In this document: positions 1-9,293 of the stretch, piece after piece
Position numbering within the stretch: the stretch's first letter is position 1
How the letters are laid out: the number at the start of each line of letters is the position of its first letter
Origin: Pirellulaceae bacterium
GTDB taxonomy: Bacteria; Planctomycetota; Planctomycetia; Pirellulales; Pirellulaceae
Assembly: GCA_035440305.1 (NCBI GenBank)
Contig: DAORMC010000002.1
Span: forward strand, 1,295 to 65,294
Length of the DNA: 64,000 nt
Reading direction: 5' to 3'
Notes under the pieces: generated by a model
The model's database searches: none
What the model was told of the DNA's origin: nothing
Seen by the model: the letters and a program-made list of their open reading frames with translations, nothing else
Program-made: the position numbers and the translations under genes

Positions 1-71
1 TCGATGATCGCGGTCACCGGGGACAGCGACGACTCTCGTCGAGCTTCCGATCTTCGACGAGGCGCACGCCG

Positions 72-614
72 ATGTCCGAACGGTCCGACTTTCGACAGCC
101 GCCGCAGCGAGACGAGTACTTCGAGTACTACGCGAAGTACGTCGATCGGGTCCCGGAGGGGGATATCCGCGTGCTGCTGGACGAACAGGTCCGAACGCTG
201 CGGGAGCTCTTCGACGGAGTGTCGGAAACGACGGCATCGATCGTGCATCCGCCGTCGACCTGGACCTTGAAGCAGGTGGTCGGCCATCTGATCGACGCCG
301 AACGGATCTTCGCGGAGCGCCTGCATCATTTCGCGATGGGGGATCTGCAGCCGTTACCCGGCATGAACCAGGAGGAGTACGTCGCGCACGCCGACTACGA
401 GACGCCGTCGCTCGCGACGCTGGTCGACGAGTTGGTGCTGCTCCGACAGGCGAACGCCTTGCTGCTGCGGCGTCTGAAGCCGACCGATCTGGCGGCGCGA
501 GGGGAAGCATCGGGGCACCCGGTGACGGTCCGAGCCCTGGCCTGGATGCTCGTCGGGCACATCGAACACCACCTGACGATCGTCCGGCGCCGGCTGGCAG
601 AGAAAGGGGACTGA
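72..614 (+). CDS. DinB-family (DinB_2/YfiT-like) putative metal-dependent hydrolase
   Basis: 180-aa ORF. The His-containing helices 'GHLIDAERIF' and 'VGHIEHHLTIV' and the N-terminal 'YFEYYAKYV' fit the four-helix DinB fold. No competing ORF has recognisable content. Confidence 0.7.
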   Translation: MSERSDFRQPPQRDEYFEYYAKYVDRVPEGDIRVLLDEQVRTLRELFDGVSETTASIVHPPSTWTLKQVVGHLIDAERIFAERLHHFAMGDLQPLPGMNQEEYVAHADYETPSLATLVDELVLLRQANALLLRRLKPTDLAARGEASGHPVTVRALAWMLVGHIEHHLTIVRRRLAEKGD

Positions 615-981
615 CGGAACCCTCGAAGCGGCGTGGCAGGACCGACCGATGGCGTATTGGGCGAGCCCGTTCTTCGTAGGCACGATCATTCGGCATCGGT
701 CGGTCGTGAAGTCGATTGCCGCGAACGGGATTCGCTGCTTACACTCGGCCGATCGAAGTAGGGGCAGACTTCGGTCAGACGGCTCGGCGTCCGGAGACGG
801 AGACCGAACCGGTCGAGATCGTTCGTCGGATGATCGTAAGCGGCCGTGAGCTGTCGCGCGCCGAATCGTGGCAAGTGACGATCTCATGACGCGATCGCCG
901 ACGGCCCCTGTCTCGACTCGGTCTCGGGCTCGAACTCGTCGTTGTTCGGCCCCTCGGCTAACGGCGGACGTGGTGAAGCGC

Positions 982-1614
982 ATGTCGGAATCGGAACCTG
1001 CCGGTGTCGATCAGGAGCAGTTCCTGCAGGAGCTCCTGTCCACCGCACGCCATCGGATCGAACAGGTCTTTCGAGGAGAGGCCGGCGTTTCCCGCGGGGA
1101 CGAGGCACGAATCCGTCAACTGGCGACAGGCCTCCCCACGGATCATCGGGTAACGACTCTCCTGGGTGCGCTGGCGTCGGCCATCATCGAACTCGGGCCG
1201 CAAGCCGATCCGGCCGCGGCTCGTTTGCCCAGCGACGTCGACGCTCTGGCGAGCGAGCTCGTTCGACTCGCCTACAACCGTTGGCAACGGGAGCGTCGCG
1301 CGGGGAATCGAATCCGCCACCAAGCCGAGGTTGGGGAACGCGTCCCCGAGTTCGGCGGAGATTCGCAGGACCCCCGAGCATTGGATTCGCAGCCGACTTC
1401 ATCGGCGCCGCCGGAAATCCATGCACACTTTCGCGACGTCGTTGACCATCTGATGGGGCAGCTCTCCGAAGGCGACCTGCGGATCCTTGTCCTGTTCGCC
1501 GAAGGGCGAACGTTGGGGGAGATCGCAAGTCTCGTCGACTGCCACCGGACCACCATCTCGAGAAAGCTCGACCACTTCGCGGATATCGTCCGTCGCGTGT
1601 CGGCGAAGGACTGA
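982..1614 (+). CDS. HTH protein with a sigma-70 region-4/LuxR-like C-terminus (first gene of the kinase-GTPase operon)
   Basis: ORF 868-1614; I start it at ATG 982 (MSESEP...). The C-terminal 'LSEGDLRILVLFAEGRTLGEIASLVDCHRTTISRKLDHF' is a region-4-type helix-turn-helix. No clear sigma region 2 was seen, so it is not called a true sigma factor. Confidence 0.6.
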   Translation: MSESEPAGVDQEQFLQELLSTARHRIEQVFRGEAGVSRGDEARIRQLATGLPTDHRVTTLLGALASAIIELGPQADPAAARLPSDVDALASELVRLAYNRWQRERRAGNRIRHQAEVGERVPEFGGDSQDPRALDSQPTSSAPPEIHAHFRDVVDHLMGQLSEGDLRILVLFAEGRTLGEIASLVDCHRTTISRKLDHFADIVRRVSAKD

Positions 1615-1696
1615 TGAGCGAGCCTTCGCCGCATCGAGAGGCCCGAGCGATTCTCGTCCGTTCGTCGAGTCCGTCCGTTCCAGATCGGAAGCAGTC

Positions 1697-4600
1697 ATGA
1701 CCGAACCGCGAAGCAAGGAAGAGAGCACGACCGACGATGCCTTTCGATCGCCTTCGAAGCCTACCTTCGCACGACTCTCCCCTTCGCCTGACTCCGACGT
1801 GATCGATTCCGATACCTGGTCGCGACGTTGCGTCGCAGGACTGTCCGAAGACGATCGACGTCGATTCGAACGAGCGTGCGATCAGGGAGAAACGGAGCTG
1901 CGGGGAGGGGCCGCCCTGGAACAGGTCGCCGAGCGGGTCGATGTTTCCGAACCGATTCGGACGCTGGTGCTGCTTGACCTCGCGAAGTGCGCCGTCGAGT
2001 CGATGGCGCGCGAGGCGCGCGACGCCCGAGTCGCCGAGATCCTGAAGACTCTTCCTTCGCTGAGCGGAAACGAGGGAGCGAGGAAGGAACTTGTCGGCTT
2101 CGCGGACGGGTCCGGCGATCGTTCGGACGATACCGAGTCGCCGGTGCTACCTCCGACTCATGAACTCGTCAAACGCCTCCCTTCCCCAGGCTTATCGAAG
2201 CTGTATGTCGCGCGTCGCACGAAGCTCAATCGTCTCGAGTGCCTCAAGCTGGTGAACCTGGCCGAGATATCTCATCGCGAACTGGCCGCTCGAATCGCCG
2301 ATGAGGCCGAGCGCGCCTCGAAGCTGTCCCATCCCGGTCTGGTGCAGATCTTCGATGCCGGCGAAATCGCCGGGCACTGCTTTATCGCGATGGAGTACAT
2401 GAACGGCGGGAGTCTGGCCGATCGGATCTCGGCCGGACCTCTGCCGTGGGAAGATGCGATCCGGATCATCGCGACGGCTGCCAGGGCGCTTGATGCGTTG
2501 CATACCAAGGCCCGGCTGGCTCACGGCGACATCAAGCCGGCCAACCTGCTCTTCACGAGGACGATCGAAGGAGAAGAGCTGATCAAGATCGCCGACTTCG
2601 GTCTCTCGTCCGAGTTGGTCGAACAGGCTCGTGCGACGTCGGGCGAATCCAGGGGATACGTCTTCGGTACCGCCGGGTACGTCGCCCCCGAACTGCTCTC
2701 TTCCGAGGCGCGGGATTCGACCGTACTGCCGTTCGACGATCGGGTCACCGCCGACATCTTTGCACTCGGGGTCACGGCCTACGAAGCGATCAGCGGACGG
2801 CTGCCGTTCCAGACCGGGAGAGCGACCGATCCGTTGGGAGTGCTGAAGCATCCTTTTCGTCCGCTCACCGAACTTGTCCCCGGCGTGCCGAACGTCGTGG
2901 GGTACGCGATTCGTCGCGCCTGTTCGGTCGATCGTCGGGAGCGTTATCTGTCCGCCAAGGAGTTCGCGCGAGCGCTGGAGGGTTGCTTGGCGAATCGGGG
3001 GAGCGGCGCCGTCACTTCAGAGGTCGCTCGAAACGAACCGACGATGAGCATCGATCCCGAAGCGAAGTCATCGAAGCGATTCGGTCATAGGCAGCCGATC
3101 GTCATCATCAGCGCGATTGTCGCAACGGCGATCTGCGCCGCCATCGGTTCGGCGGTCTTCTCCTCGCGGTCGCGAATCGAGACGAGTTCGCAGGACTCCG
3201 CCGAACTCCCGAACGAGTTTTCGGATCTTCGACGAACATCGCCGGCTGTCGTCAGTCGCCCCGAATTGACCTCGGACTCTTCGGATCTGAAGCGACTGAT
3301 GTCGCGAGGTCTCTCGCGCGATAGCGCCGAAGCGGTCCTCGAGGTCAACAATGATTTTCTGGTGGCGCTGCGAGGTTCGTCCGGGTCGAGCTCGGCGGCC
3401 GAAACCGTACTGAACCTGCTGTCGGAGGTGGACGAGTCGCGGATCGGCAGCGAGACGATCGTCGCGAATCCTCAGATCGCCTCGTTTGCCGTCTATTCCG
3501 GGATCGAGTCGCTGCCGGCGTTCCTGCACGCCGTGGCTCATCCGGACGAGGACGAGCATTGCGTGACGAATCTCTGTATCCGGCATCCCGACTCGGCGAC
3601 CGTCGCGTCGTCGGCGATTCTCTGGCTCAGACGCATCGCACCGCTGCGTGCCCTGCAGCGGCAAGGGCTCTACGGCGCGGATGAAGCGCTGCTGCACGCC
3701 TCGGGCGTTCCGGAATACGAAGCTTGGGTCGAGCGGATCCTGGTCGAGCGGATCGACCGCGATCCGGGGCGGACGCTGCAGTGGCTGACGATCTATCTGG
3801 AGACTCATGACGCCATTCGGGCTCGCCTGGAAGATCGGGCGTTCGCGGCATCGTTCCCGAGAACCTGGGAACGATTCGTCGCTCTGGTCGATCGAGACGC
3901 GCGAACGGCCGAGGACTTCGCGATCAACGGCGATGCCTGGAACGTGTTGGCGATGGAGCAGGGGGATCGCCTGATCGACCGACTCGGACTGTTGGCCGCG
4001 CCGATCTTCGCCGGTAGCGAAGCATTGCCGGCCGATCCGGAACTTCGACGTCTCGCGGCGGAGTACCTGTTGGTCGGCTATCGTCCGATCGTCGAGGCAT
4101 TGTCGGATGCCGATCTTCGGCGGAACGGCGATTTCCTGGAGTTGCTTCGCAAGCGTCTGCCGGCCGAGGTCCTGGCGGAGGTCTGCCGACAGATCAACGC
4201 CGAGACGGCGGCCGGAACGGGCCCGGCTACCGCCGCTCGTCTCGCAGGGCTCGGGCGAGATCAGATCGTGGCGGATCTTTCCGGCGAAGACCTGAATCGT
4301 TGGGCAGCCGAGGATCTCGTGCCCCAACTGATCTATCTGCGTCTCGGCCTGAAGCTCGTCACCGGCGACTCGCTCTTCGGCGTCGAGCGGCAGGCGTTGC
4401 TCAAGCAGATCGTGATCGATGTGGTGACCCAGGGAGTGCCGATCGCCGCCAGCCGTCTCGGATTGCCGGTCGATCAAGCCAATGCGTTCGCGCAGCACTT
4501 CCCGATCGGCTACGAGATCGGAGAGAACGCGGTCAAGGATGCGATTCGACGAGAACGACTCGACGCGCTGGTGACGATCGACTCGGCCCCCGAGACCTTG

Positions 4601-5008
4601 GACGACTCCCGGCGACTGCAGACGGAGCTCCACGATCATCTCCGCGAAATCGTCTCGGCCGTGACGTCGCAGCGTGGCGATGTCGTGCTCGACATCACCG
4701 ACAGCATGCGGTTGTGCGAGGGCCTGTCGATCCGAGACGAGCGAGTCCGAGGAGCGTCGACGATAAGGATCGCGAGGTTCCTGCGACTTGCCGACGGACG
4801 CCTTTTCCCCGGCGTCATCACCAAGGACGGAATCTTCGCCGAGGAGACGGTCAAGCAGTTCTTCGACGATCGCTGGATGACGCTCACCTCGAAGAGCGCC
4901 GACGGCAGGAGCAAGGAAGAAGCGTGGCGAGAGTTGGTCTCGGCATGGGTTCTTCTCGGTGCCGGTGGCCTTCTGCCCGCAACCTCAACGACGACGGTGG
5001 AACCATGA
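1697..5008 (+). CDS. Membrane-spanning eukaryote-like Ser/Thr protein kinase (non-RD) with a ~600-aa C-terminal region of unknown function
   Basis: Start chosen at ATG 1697 (MTEPRSKE), preceded by GGAAG. Catalytic loop 'LAHGDIKPANLL' (HGD at 2522-2530), 'IADFGLS' (DFG at 2594-2602), 'GTAGYVAPELL', 'ECLKL' Lys strand. One hydrophobic helix 'IVIISAIVATAICAAIGSAVF' (~3093-3158). Confidence 0.85.
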   Translation: MTEPRSKEESTTDDAFRSPSKPTFARLSPSPDSDVIDSDTWSRRCVAGLSEDDRRRFERACDQGETELRGGAALEQVAERVDVSEPIRTLVLLDLAKCAVESMAREARDARVAEILKTLPSLSGNEGARKELVGFADGSGDRSDDTESPVLPPTHELVKRLPSPGLSKLYVARRTKLNRLECLKLVNLAEISHRELAARIADEAERASKLSHPGLVQIFDAGEIAGHCFIAMEYMNGGSLADRISAGPLPWEDAIRIIATAARALDALHTKARLAHGDIKPANLLFTRTIEGEELIKIADFGLSSELVEQARATSGESRGYVFGTAGYVAPELLSSEARDSTVLPFDDRVTADIFALGVTAYEAISGRLPFQTGRATDPLGVLKHPFRPLTELVPGVPNVVGYAIRRACSVDRRERYLSAKEFARALEGCLANRGSGAVTSEVARNEPTMSIDPEAKSSKRFGHRQPIVIISAIVATAICAAIGSAVFSSRSRIETSSQDSAELPNEFSDLRRTSPAVVSRPELTSDSSDLKRLMSRGLSRDSAEAVLEVNNDFLVALRGSSGSSSAAETVLNLLSEVDESRIGSETIVANPQIASFAVYSGIESLPAFLHAVAHPDEDEHCVTNLCIRHPDSATVASSAILWLRRIAPLRALQRQGLYGADEALLHASGVPEYEAWVERILVERIDRDPGRTLQWLTIYLETHDAIRARLEDRAFAASFPRTWERFVALVDRDARTAEDFAINGDAWNVLAMEQGDRLIDRLGLLAAPIFAGSEALPADPELRRLAAEYLLVGYRPIVEALSDADLRRNGDFLELLRKRLPAEVLAEVCRQINAETAAGTGPATAARLAGLGRDQIVADLSGEDLNRWAAEDLVPQLIYLRLGLKLVTGDSLFGVERQALLKQIVIDVVTQGVPIAASRLGLPVDQANAFAQHFPIGYEIGENAVKDAIRRERLDALVTIDSAPETLDDSRRLQTELHDHLREIVSAVTSQRGDVVLDITDSMRLCEGLSIRDERVRGASTIRIARFLRLADGRLFPGVITKDGIFAEETVKQFFDDRWMTLTSKSADGRSKEEAWRELVSAWVLLGAGGLLPATSTTTVEP

Positions 5009-7542
5009 ACTCAGGTCGGCAGAATCTCGTCTCGGGGCGGCCGAACTCCGCTGCGACAGGAGCAAGACCCTCGAACTCATTCGCCGCGGTCCGACGCATC
5101 GTGCTCTACGGCCGACCGGCATCGGGCAAGACCTGCCTGCTCGCCGCCTTGGCAATGCCTCGGGAGCCGCATCCCGACGGGCACTCGTGCATCTGGGTCT
5201 GCGACAGCCAGACGATCTCGCCTCCGAGCGGCAGTCGCGAGAGCTGGGACGTGAACGACCCGACGGTCGCCAGATTTCTGGGAAAGGAGTGGCTGCAGCG
5301 CGCGATCGACGCGATCTCGGCCGGCGAATTGCCGCGAGCGAATCCGAACGATGCGACTCCGTTTCGGCTGCTGTTCGACGTCACTCAGACGAACGGCCGC
5401 GTTCAGCGCATCGAGATGATCGACTACTCGGGAGAGCTCGTCGATCCGAACCTCTCGGACGACGTATTGGCTCGGAAGCTTCTGAATCATCTCGAGATGG
5501 CGGACGGCATTCTGGTCCTGGCCGAGGCTCCGCGCCGCGACGAACCGCTCTACGAGCTGTATCGCGAGCTGCAGATCCTTCAGCAGGCCCTGGCGTTGGT
5601 GAACGATCGTCGCCGCAAGACCAGTGCCGATCCGATTCCGATCGCCATGTTGCTCAACAAGTGGGATCGGTTCTCGAAGATGGAGGAGTTCGAGAAGGAG
5701 ATCGCTCAGATCGAGGTGCAGGAGTTCATCAATCAGAAGCCGGTCGTGCCGCAGCGAGCGCTCTACAGCGTGCTTCAGTCGCTGGCCGGCTCGCTGCACG
5801 AGACGCCGTTCTCCGAGATCTTTCCGGTCAGCGCGTTCGGCCGGACACGCCGCGAATCGCGCGAGATCGACGGCAAGGTGCGGGAACTGGAACTCCCTCG
5901 CGATCTGGCCCCTCTCCCCTCGTACGGCCTCGAGGATCCCCTTGTCTGGATCAGTCGCCGCACCGATCAGCTCGAGCTGCACGAACTCGAGCAGCGAGCC
6001 GGTCGACTCGCCTTCTGGAAGCTTTGGCAGCTGCCGTCGCGGACCGGGGCGAAAGTCAGCCGCCATGCCGAGGAACTCCGGCGGCGCATGCCGAGCCATC
6101 TTCCGGAAGCTCAGGCCTTGTCGCGCGTGGCCGAACGCGGGAATAAGGCCTTTCGATCCCAGCTCACGACGCTTGCGGCGCTGGTCCTCATGACCGTCGT
6201 CGGGACGGTACAGAGTGCGTTCGTCGTTCACGATTCGATCCGCTATGCGGCCGCCAAGTCGCTGGAGCGGGAACTCGATGCGGGGGCGAATCCGACGTCG
6301 CTGATCACTCCGCTCGACGAATCTTCCGGCTTTCTGGCAACCTATGCTCGCCCGTCATGGCTTCGTCTCGCTTCACAGATACTCGTGGCGTCGCCCGATA
6401 CCGCCCAAGACGTGCATCGACGGCTTTTGGCGGCGATCGAGCACGCGAATCATCTATCGGCAGCGACCAATGAGTTCCGGATCCGCTGCGGCAGCTTGGC
6501 GGCCGAAGCCGAAGCGACTCCCGACCCGGCGAGAGTCCAGGAATTGCTGGAGCAGCTCGAGTCGATGCCGCTTCCGACGGACCCGCTTCTCGCCGATCTG
6601 ACGGGTCAGATCAAGGAGAACGCTGCCGGTCGCGTCCGCGAGCGGATGACGCGGGTGGAGACCGCCGTCGGCACCGAACGACTGACCGCGGCTTACTTCG
6701 CGGACATGCGTGAGGCCCGGCTTCCTGAAGCGGTCGCTCGACTTGAATCGGGCAAGATCCAGTTTCCTGCCGAAGTCGCGCAGCTTCAGGCGAACTTCAG
6801 GAATCAATGGGTGTCGATCCTCCACGCCAAGGTGGTCGAACATGCCAAAGCCGATCGATGGGACTCGATCGAACAGCTGCTCGGAAGAATCCGCAACGAT
6901 AACGGAATGGCGGGATTGGTCGGCGCTCGTGAGGTGACTGCAAGAGTCGACCAGGAGCGGAGTCTGGTCGCCGACTGGCGAGCCGATCGCGCCTATGCTC
7001 GCTGGTTCATCAGCCCGTCGCTCACGTCGGCACAGACCGAAACGCTCGAGTTCGGACGCGACTGGCAGAAACGGACGGTCAAGGAGTGGCTCGCCTACCA
7101 GCAGTTCCTCTCGACCTCCCATTTTTGGCGACTGAAGATCAACCGGTTCACGACGTCGAACACCGGCAGTCTCTTCGATCCCACCGACTACTCCCTGACC
7201 GCCTATCATCAGGAGAACTACATCGGATCTGGCTCGTTCTCGGGTCCGGCGGGTGCGGCTGACGTGACGCTGTACATCGACTGCAACGACGTCGCCGGCC
7301 GCCCCGGTGACCCACTGACGTTCCGATTCAGCGCACGGACCACGAACTGGTTGGTGGAGAACATCTCGTTCCAAGGAGAGCTCAGCGGTGCGGCGATGAG
7401 CTTGACCTCGGAGTCGTGGGTACGGATAAGGACTCCGGCCGATTACCCGAACCCTGAGATTCGCGTGAGACTCGAGCCGGTCGGATTCACGATCCCTTCG
7501 GAACCGCAACTCCCCACCGCACAGGATCCCGACATCCGATGA
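5005..7542 (+). CDS. Membrane-anchored Ras-like (TRAFAC) GTPase with a long helical plus beta-rich C-terminal region
   Basis: ATG 5005 overlaps the kinase stop (ATGA). G1 'GRPASGKT' (5110-5133), G3 'DYSGE' (5422-5436), G4 'NKWD' (5656-5667), G5-like 'VSAF' (~5827-5838). Hydrophobic helix 'LTTLAALVLMTVVGTVQSAFVV' (~6163-6228). The ORF-track extension 4300-5004 overlaps the kinase in another frame and is Arg-rich. Confidence 0.8.
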   Translation: MNSGRQNLVSGRPNSAATGARPSNSFAAVRRIVLYGRPASGKTCLLAALAMPREPHPDGHSCIWVCDSQTISPPSGSRESWDVNDPTVARFLGKEWLQRAIDAISAGELPRANPNDATPFRLLFDVTQTNGRVQRIEMIDYSGELVDPNLSDDVLARKLLNHLEMADGILVLAEAPRRDEPLYELYRELQILQQALALVNDRRRKTSADPIPIAMLLNKWDRFSKMEEFEKEIAQIEVQEFINQKPVVPQRALYSVLQSLAGSLHETPFSEIFPVSAFGRTRRESREIDGKVRELELPRDLAPLPSYGLEDPLVWISRRTDQLELHELEQRAGRLAFWKLWQLPSRTGAKVSRHAEELRRRMPSHLPEAQALSRVAERGNKAFRSQLTTLAALVLMTVVGTVQSAFVVHDSIRYAAAKSLERELDAGANPTSLITPLDESSGFLATYARPSWLRLASQILVASPDTAQDVHRRLLAAIEHANHLSAATNEFRIRCGSLAAEAEATPDPARVQELLEQLESMPLPTDPLLADLTGQIKENAAGRVRERMTRVETAVGTERLTAAYFADMREARLPEAVARLESGKIQFPAEVAQLQANFRNQWVSILHAKVVEHAKADRWDSIEQLLGRIRNDNGMAGLVGAREVTARVDQERSLVADWRADRAYARWFISPSLTSAQTETLEFGRDWQKRTVKEWLAYQQFLSTSHFWRLKINRFTTSNTGSLFDPTDYSLTAYHQENYIGSGSFSGPAGAADVTLYIDCNDVAGRPGDPLTFRFSARTTNWLVENISFQGELSGAAMSLTSESWVRIRTPADYPNPEIRVRLEPVGFTIPSEPQLPTAQDPDIR

Positions 7543-9293
7543 ACGAGGTCGTCGTGATCGCCGCATTGAACTCCGGTCTCCGCGGGCGGCGAGGGCACGT
7601 GACGCTGGTTTCGAACCGACGAGCTGCCGAAGATGCTGCCTCCGAGAGGATCGCCTACATCACCGGCCTGATCAGAATGTCGGTCGAAGGGAGCGATCTC
7701 GGGGCCGAGTTCGTCGCGGGAGACGACTTCCTGATCGGCAAGGACTTCCTCGGAGTCGCCGTTGCCGCGTCTCAGGAAACGTCCCATCGATCCGCGCCAG
7801 AAGTCTTCCTGATCTGGAACTGCCGCACGTCGGGTCTGACGGAGGGGCAGCGCACGCGCGCTCTGGATTGGCTCCGGGAGCTCTCCGGCGATCGTGGAGC
7901 GCTGATCGGCGAGGTCACATCCGGAGCGTCGACCCAAACGGTCGTCTTCTCGGAAACGCTGAGCTCGTGGAGTGCCGCCTACTGCAGTCAACTTCCTGCC
8001 GGAAATGGCCTCCCCAAAACGGCTCACGAATCCGCTCGACTAAACGGATCGCAAGCCTCCGGTGTTCCCTTGCGCTGGACCAAGCTCATCCCCATCGGCG
8101 TTATCCTCGGTCTCGCTATCGGAGGCATCCTCGCGATCGCGAACCTGCCTCCCGGAAGGAAGCCCGAGAACGTGAAGGGAGATCGTTCGGACGAACCGGC
8201 GGCTGGGGATACCGACGAGGCACCGGTCGAATCGCTCGTCACCGATGCGCCGGATATCGATCCGTTCCGAAACTGGCAGGCCGATGCTGCGGCTTTGGAA
8301 CGAGGGTTGGTCGACGAGGCGTTGCCGCTCGACCGTGCCGTTAACGAACTGGCCGCCGTCGTCGACGAGCTGACCCGAGCCTCGTTTCGGAATGATGACG
8401 AGTATCGTCAGGCCTACGACCTGATCGGACGCTCGGCGCGAACGATTCGCGATCGCGTGACCAAGGGGATGGAGGCCGATGCGGACGAACTGCGACGCTC
8501 CCTGGAGTCGCTCCCGAACTTCGAGGACCTGAGAGAGTCGTATGAGACCGCTCGGGCGAAGGACCAGTTGCTCGCCGATCTCGAAGCGACGGTGCGGCCG
8601 CTGCCGATTCCGATGGAGTCGACAGGCGATGTCGAATCGGCGCGAGATGGATTTCTGAGAGAGGTCGAGGCCGCGGTCGTGGCTCGGGCTTCGACGCTGT
8701 TCGCCTCGACGTCCGATCGCGCATCGACAGGCGCCGTGATCGGTTGGTTACTGCGTGCTTCCGAATCGGAGTTCGGCCGGGAACTGGCCGGTTTCGGTTC
8801 GTCTCGACGATTGGGGGGCGTCTTCCGTGCGATTTCGAGACTCGAAACGACCGACGACGTCGAAATCATCGTCACGGCCGATGAGGTACCGTTCGGCCGC
8901 CCGGTGAAGTTCGTTCTGGTCGACGGTGCGGAAGCCGAGTTGGTCTTCTCCGGCGAACCCGAATCGAATCGCGGTGGATTGCAGCGGTTTCCGCAAGAGT
9001 CGGGCCGAGGCCGCTGGACGGTTCGCGGCGTCACTCTGAAGAACCTGTTGGCCTGTCGGCGGATCATCGTCGTTCTGGCGGCTCGCGGTCCGCGGTTCGA
9101 GTTCGAGTTCGATCACCGAGTTCTCGCGAAGGAAACCGGACGGACGCTCTGCCCGTCGATACGTGTCGAAGAGGGACGGTTCGAGGGGCGATGCGAGGTT
9201 CTCCTGCGAGGCGATTCGATGCGACAGGTGTTGGCAGAGATGCACCGCGCATGCGAACTGCCTTCGGACGATTCCGCCGGAGGACCGAACTGA
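7539..9293 (+). CDS. Hypothetical single-pass membrane protein (last gene of the kinase-GTPase operon)
   Basis: ATG 7539 overlaps the GTPase stop (ATGA). It has a ~185-aa N-terminal module, then the helix 'LIPIGVILGLAIGGILAIANL', an acidic linker, a helical region and a beta-rich C-terminus. No motif recognised. Confidence 0.65.
   Translation: MNEVVVIAALNSGLRGRRGHVTLVSNRRAAEDAASERIAYITGLIRMSVEGSDLGAEFVAGDDFLIGKDFLGVAVAASQETSHRSAPEVFLIWNCRTSGLTEGQRTRALDWLRELSGDRGALIGEVTSGASTQTVVFSETLSSWSAAYCSQLPAGNGLPKTAHESARLNGSQASGVPLRWTKLIPIGVILGLAIGGILAIANLPPGRKPENVKGDRSDEPAAGDTDEAPVESLVTDAPDIDPFRNWQADAAALERGLVDEALPLDRAVNELAAVVDELTRASFRNDDEYRQAYDLIGRSARTIRDRVTKGMEADADELRRSLESLPNFEDLRESYETARAKDQLLADLEATVRPLPIPMESTGDVESARDGFLREVEAAVVARASTLFASTSDRASTGAVIGWLLRASESEFGRELAGFGSSRRLGGVFRAISRLETTDDVEIIVTADEVPFGRPVKFVLVDGAEAELVFSGEPESNRGGLQRFPQESGRGRWTVRGVTLKNLLACRRIIVVLAARGPRFEFEFDHRVLAKETGRTLCPSIRVEEGRFEGRCEVLLRGDSMRQVLAEMHRACELPSDDSAGGPN

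Noticed and set aside
982-1614. Calling the first operon gene a bona fide ECF sigma factor
   Set aside because: Only a region-4-like HTH is recognisable. No region-2 (-10 binding/core-binding) motifs were seen, so it is called a generic HTH protein.
4300-5004. Upstream 235-codon extension of the GTPase ORF
   Set aside because: It overlaps the kinase C-terminus out of frame, is Arg-rich, and is followed by an ATG (5005) that forms an ATGA junction with the kinase stop just before the P-loop.
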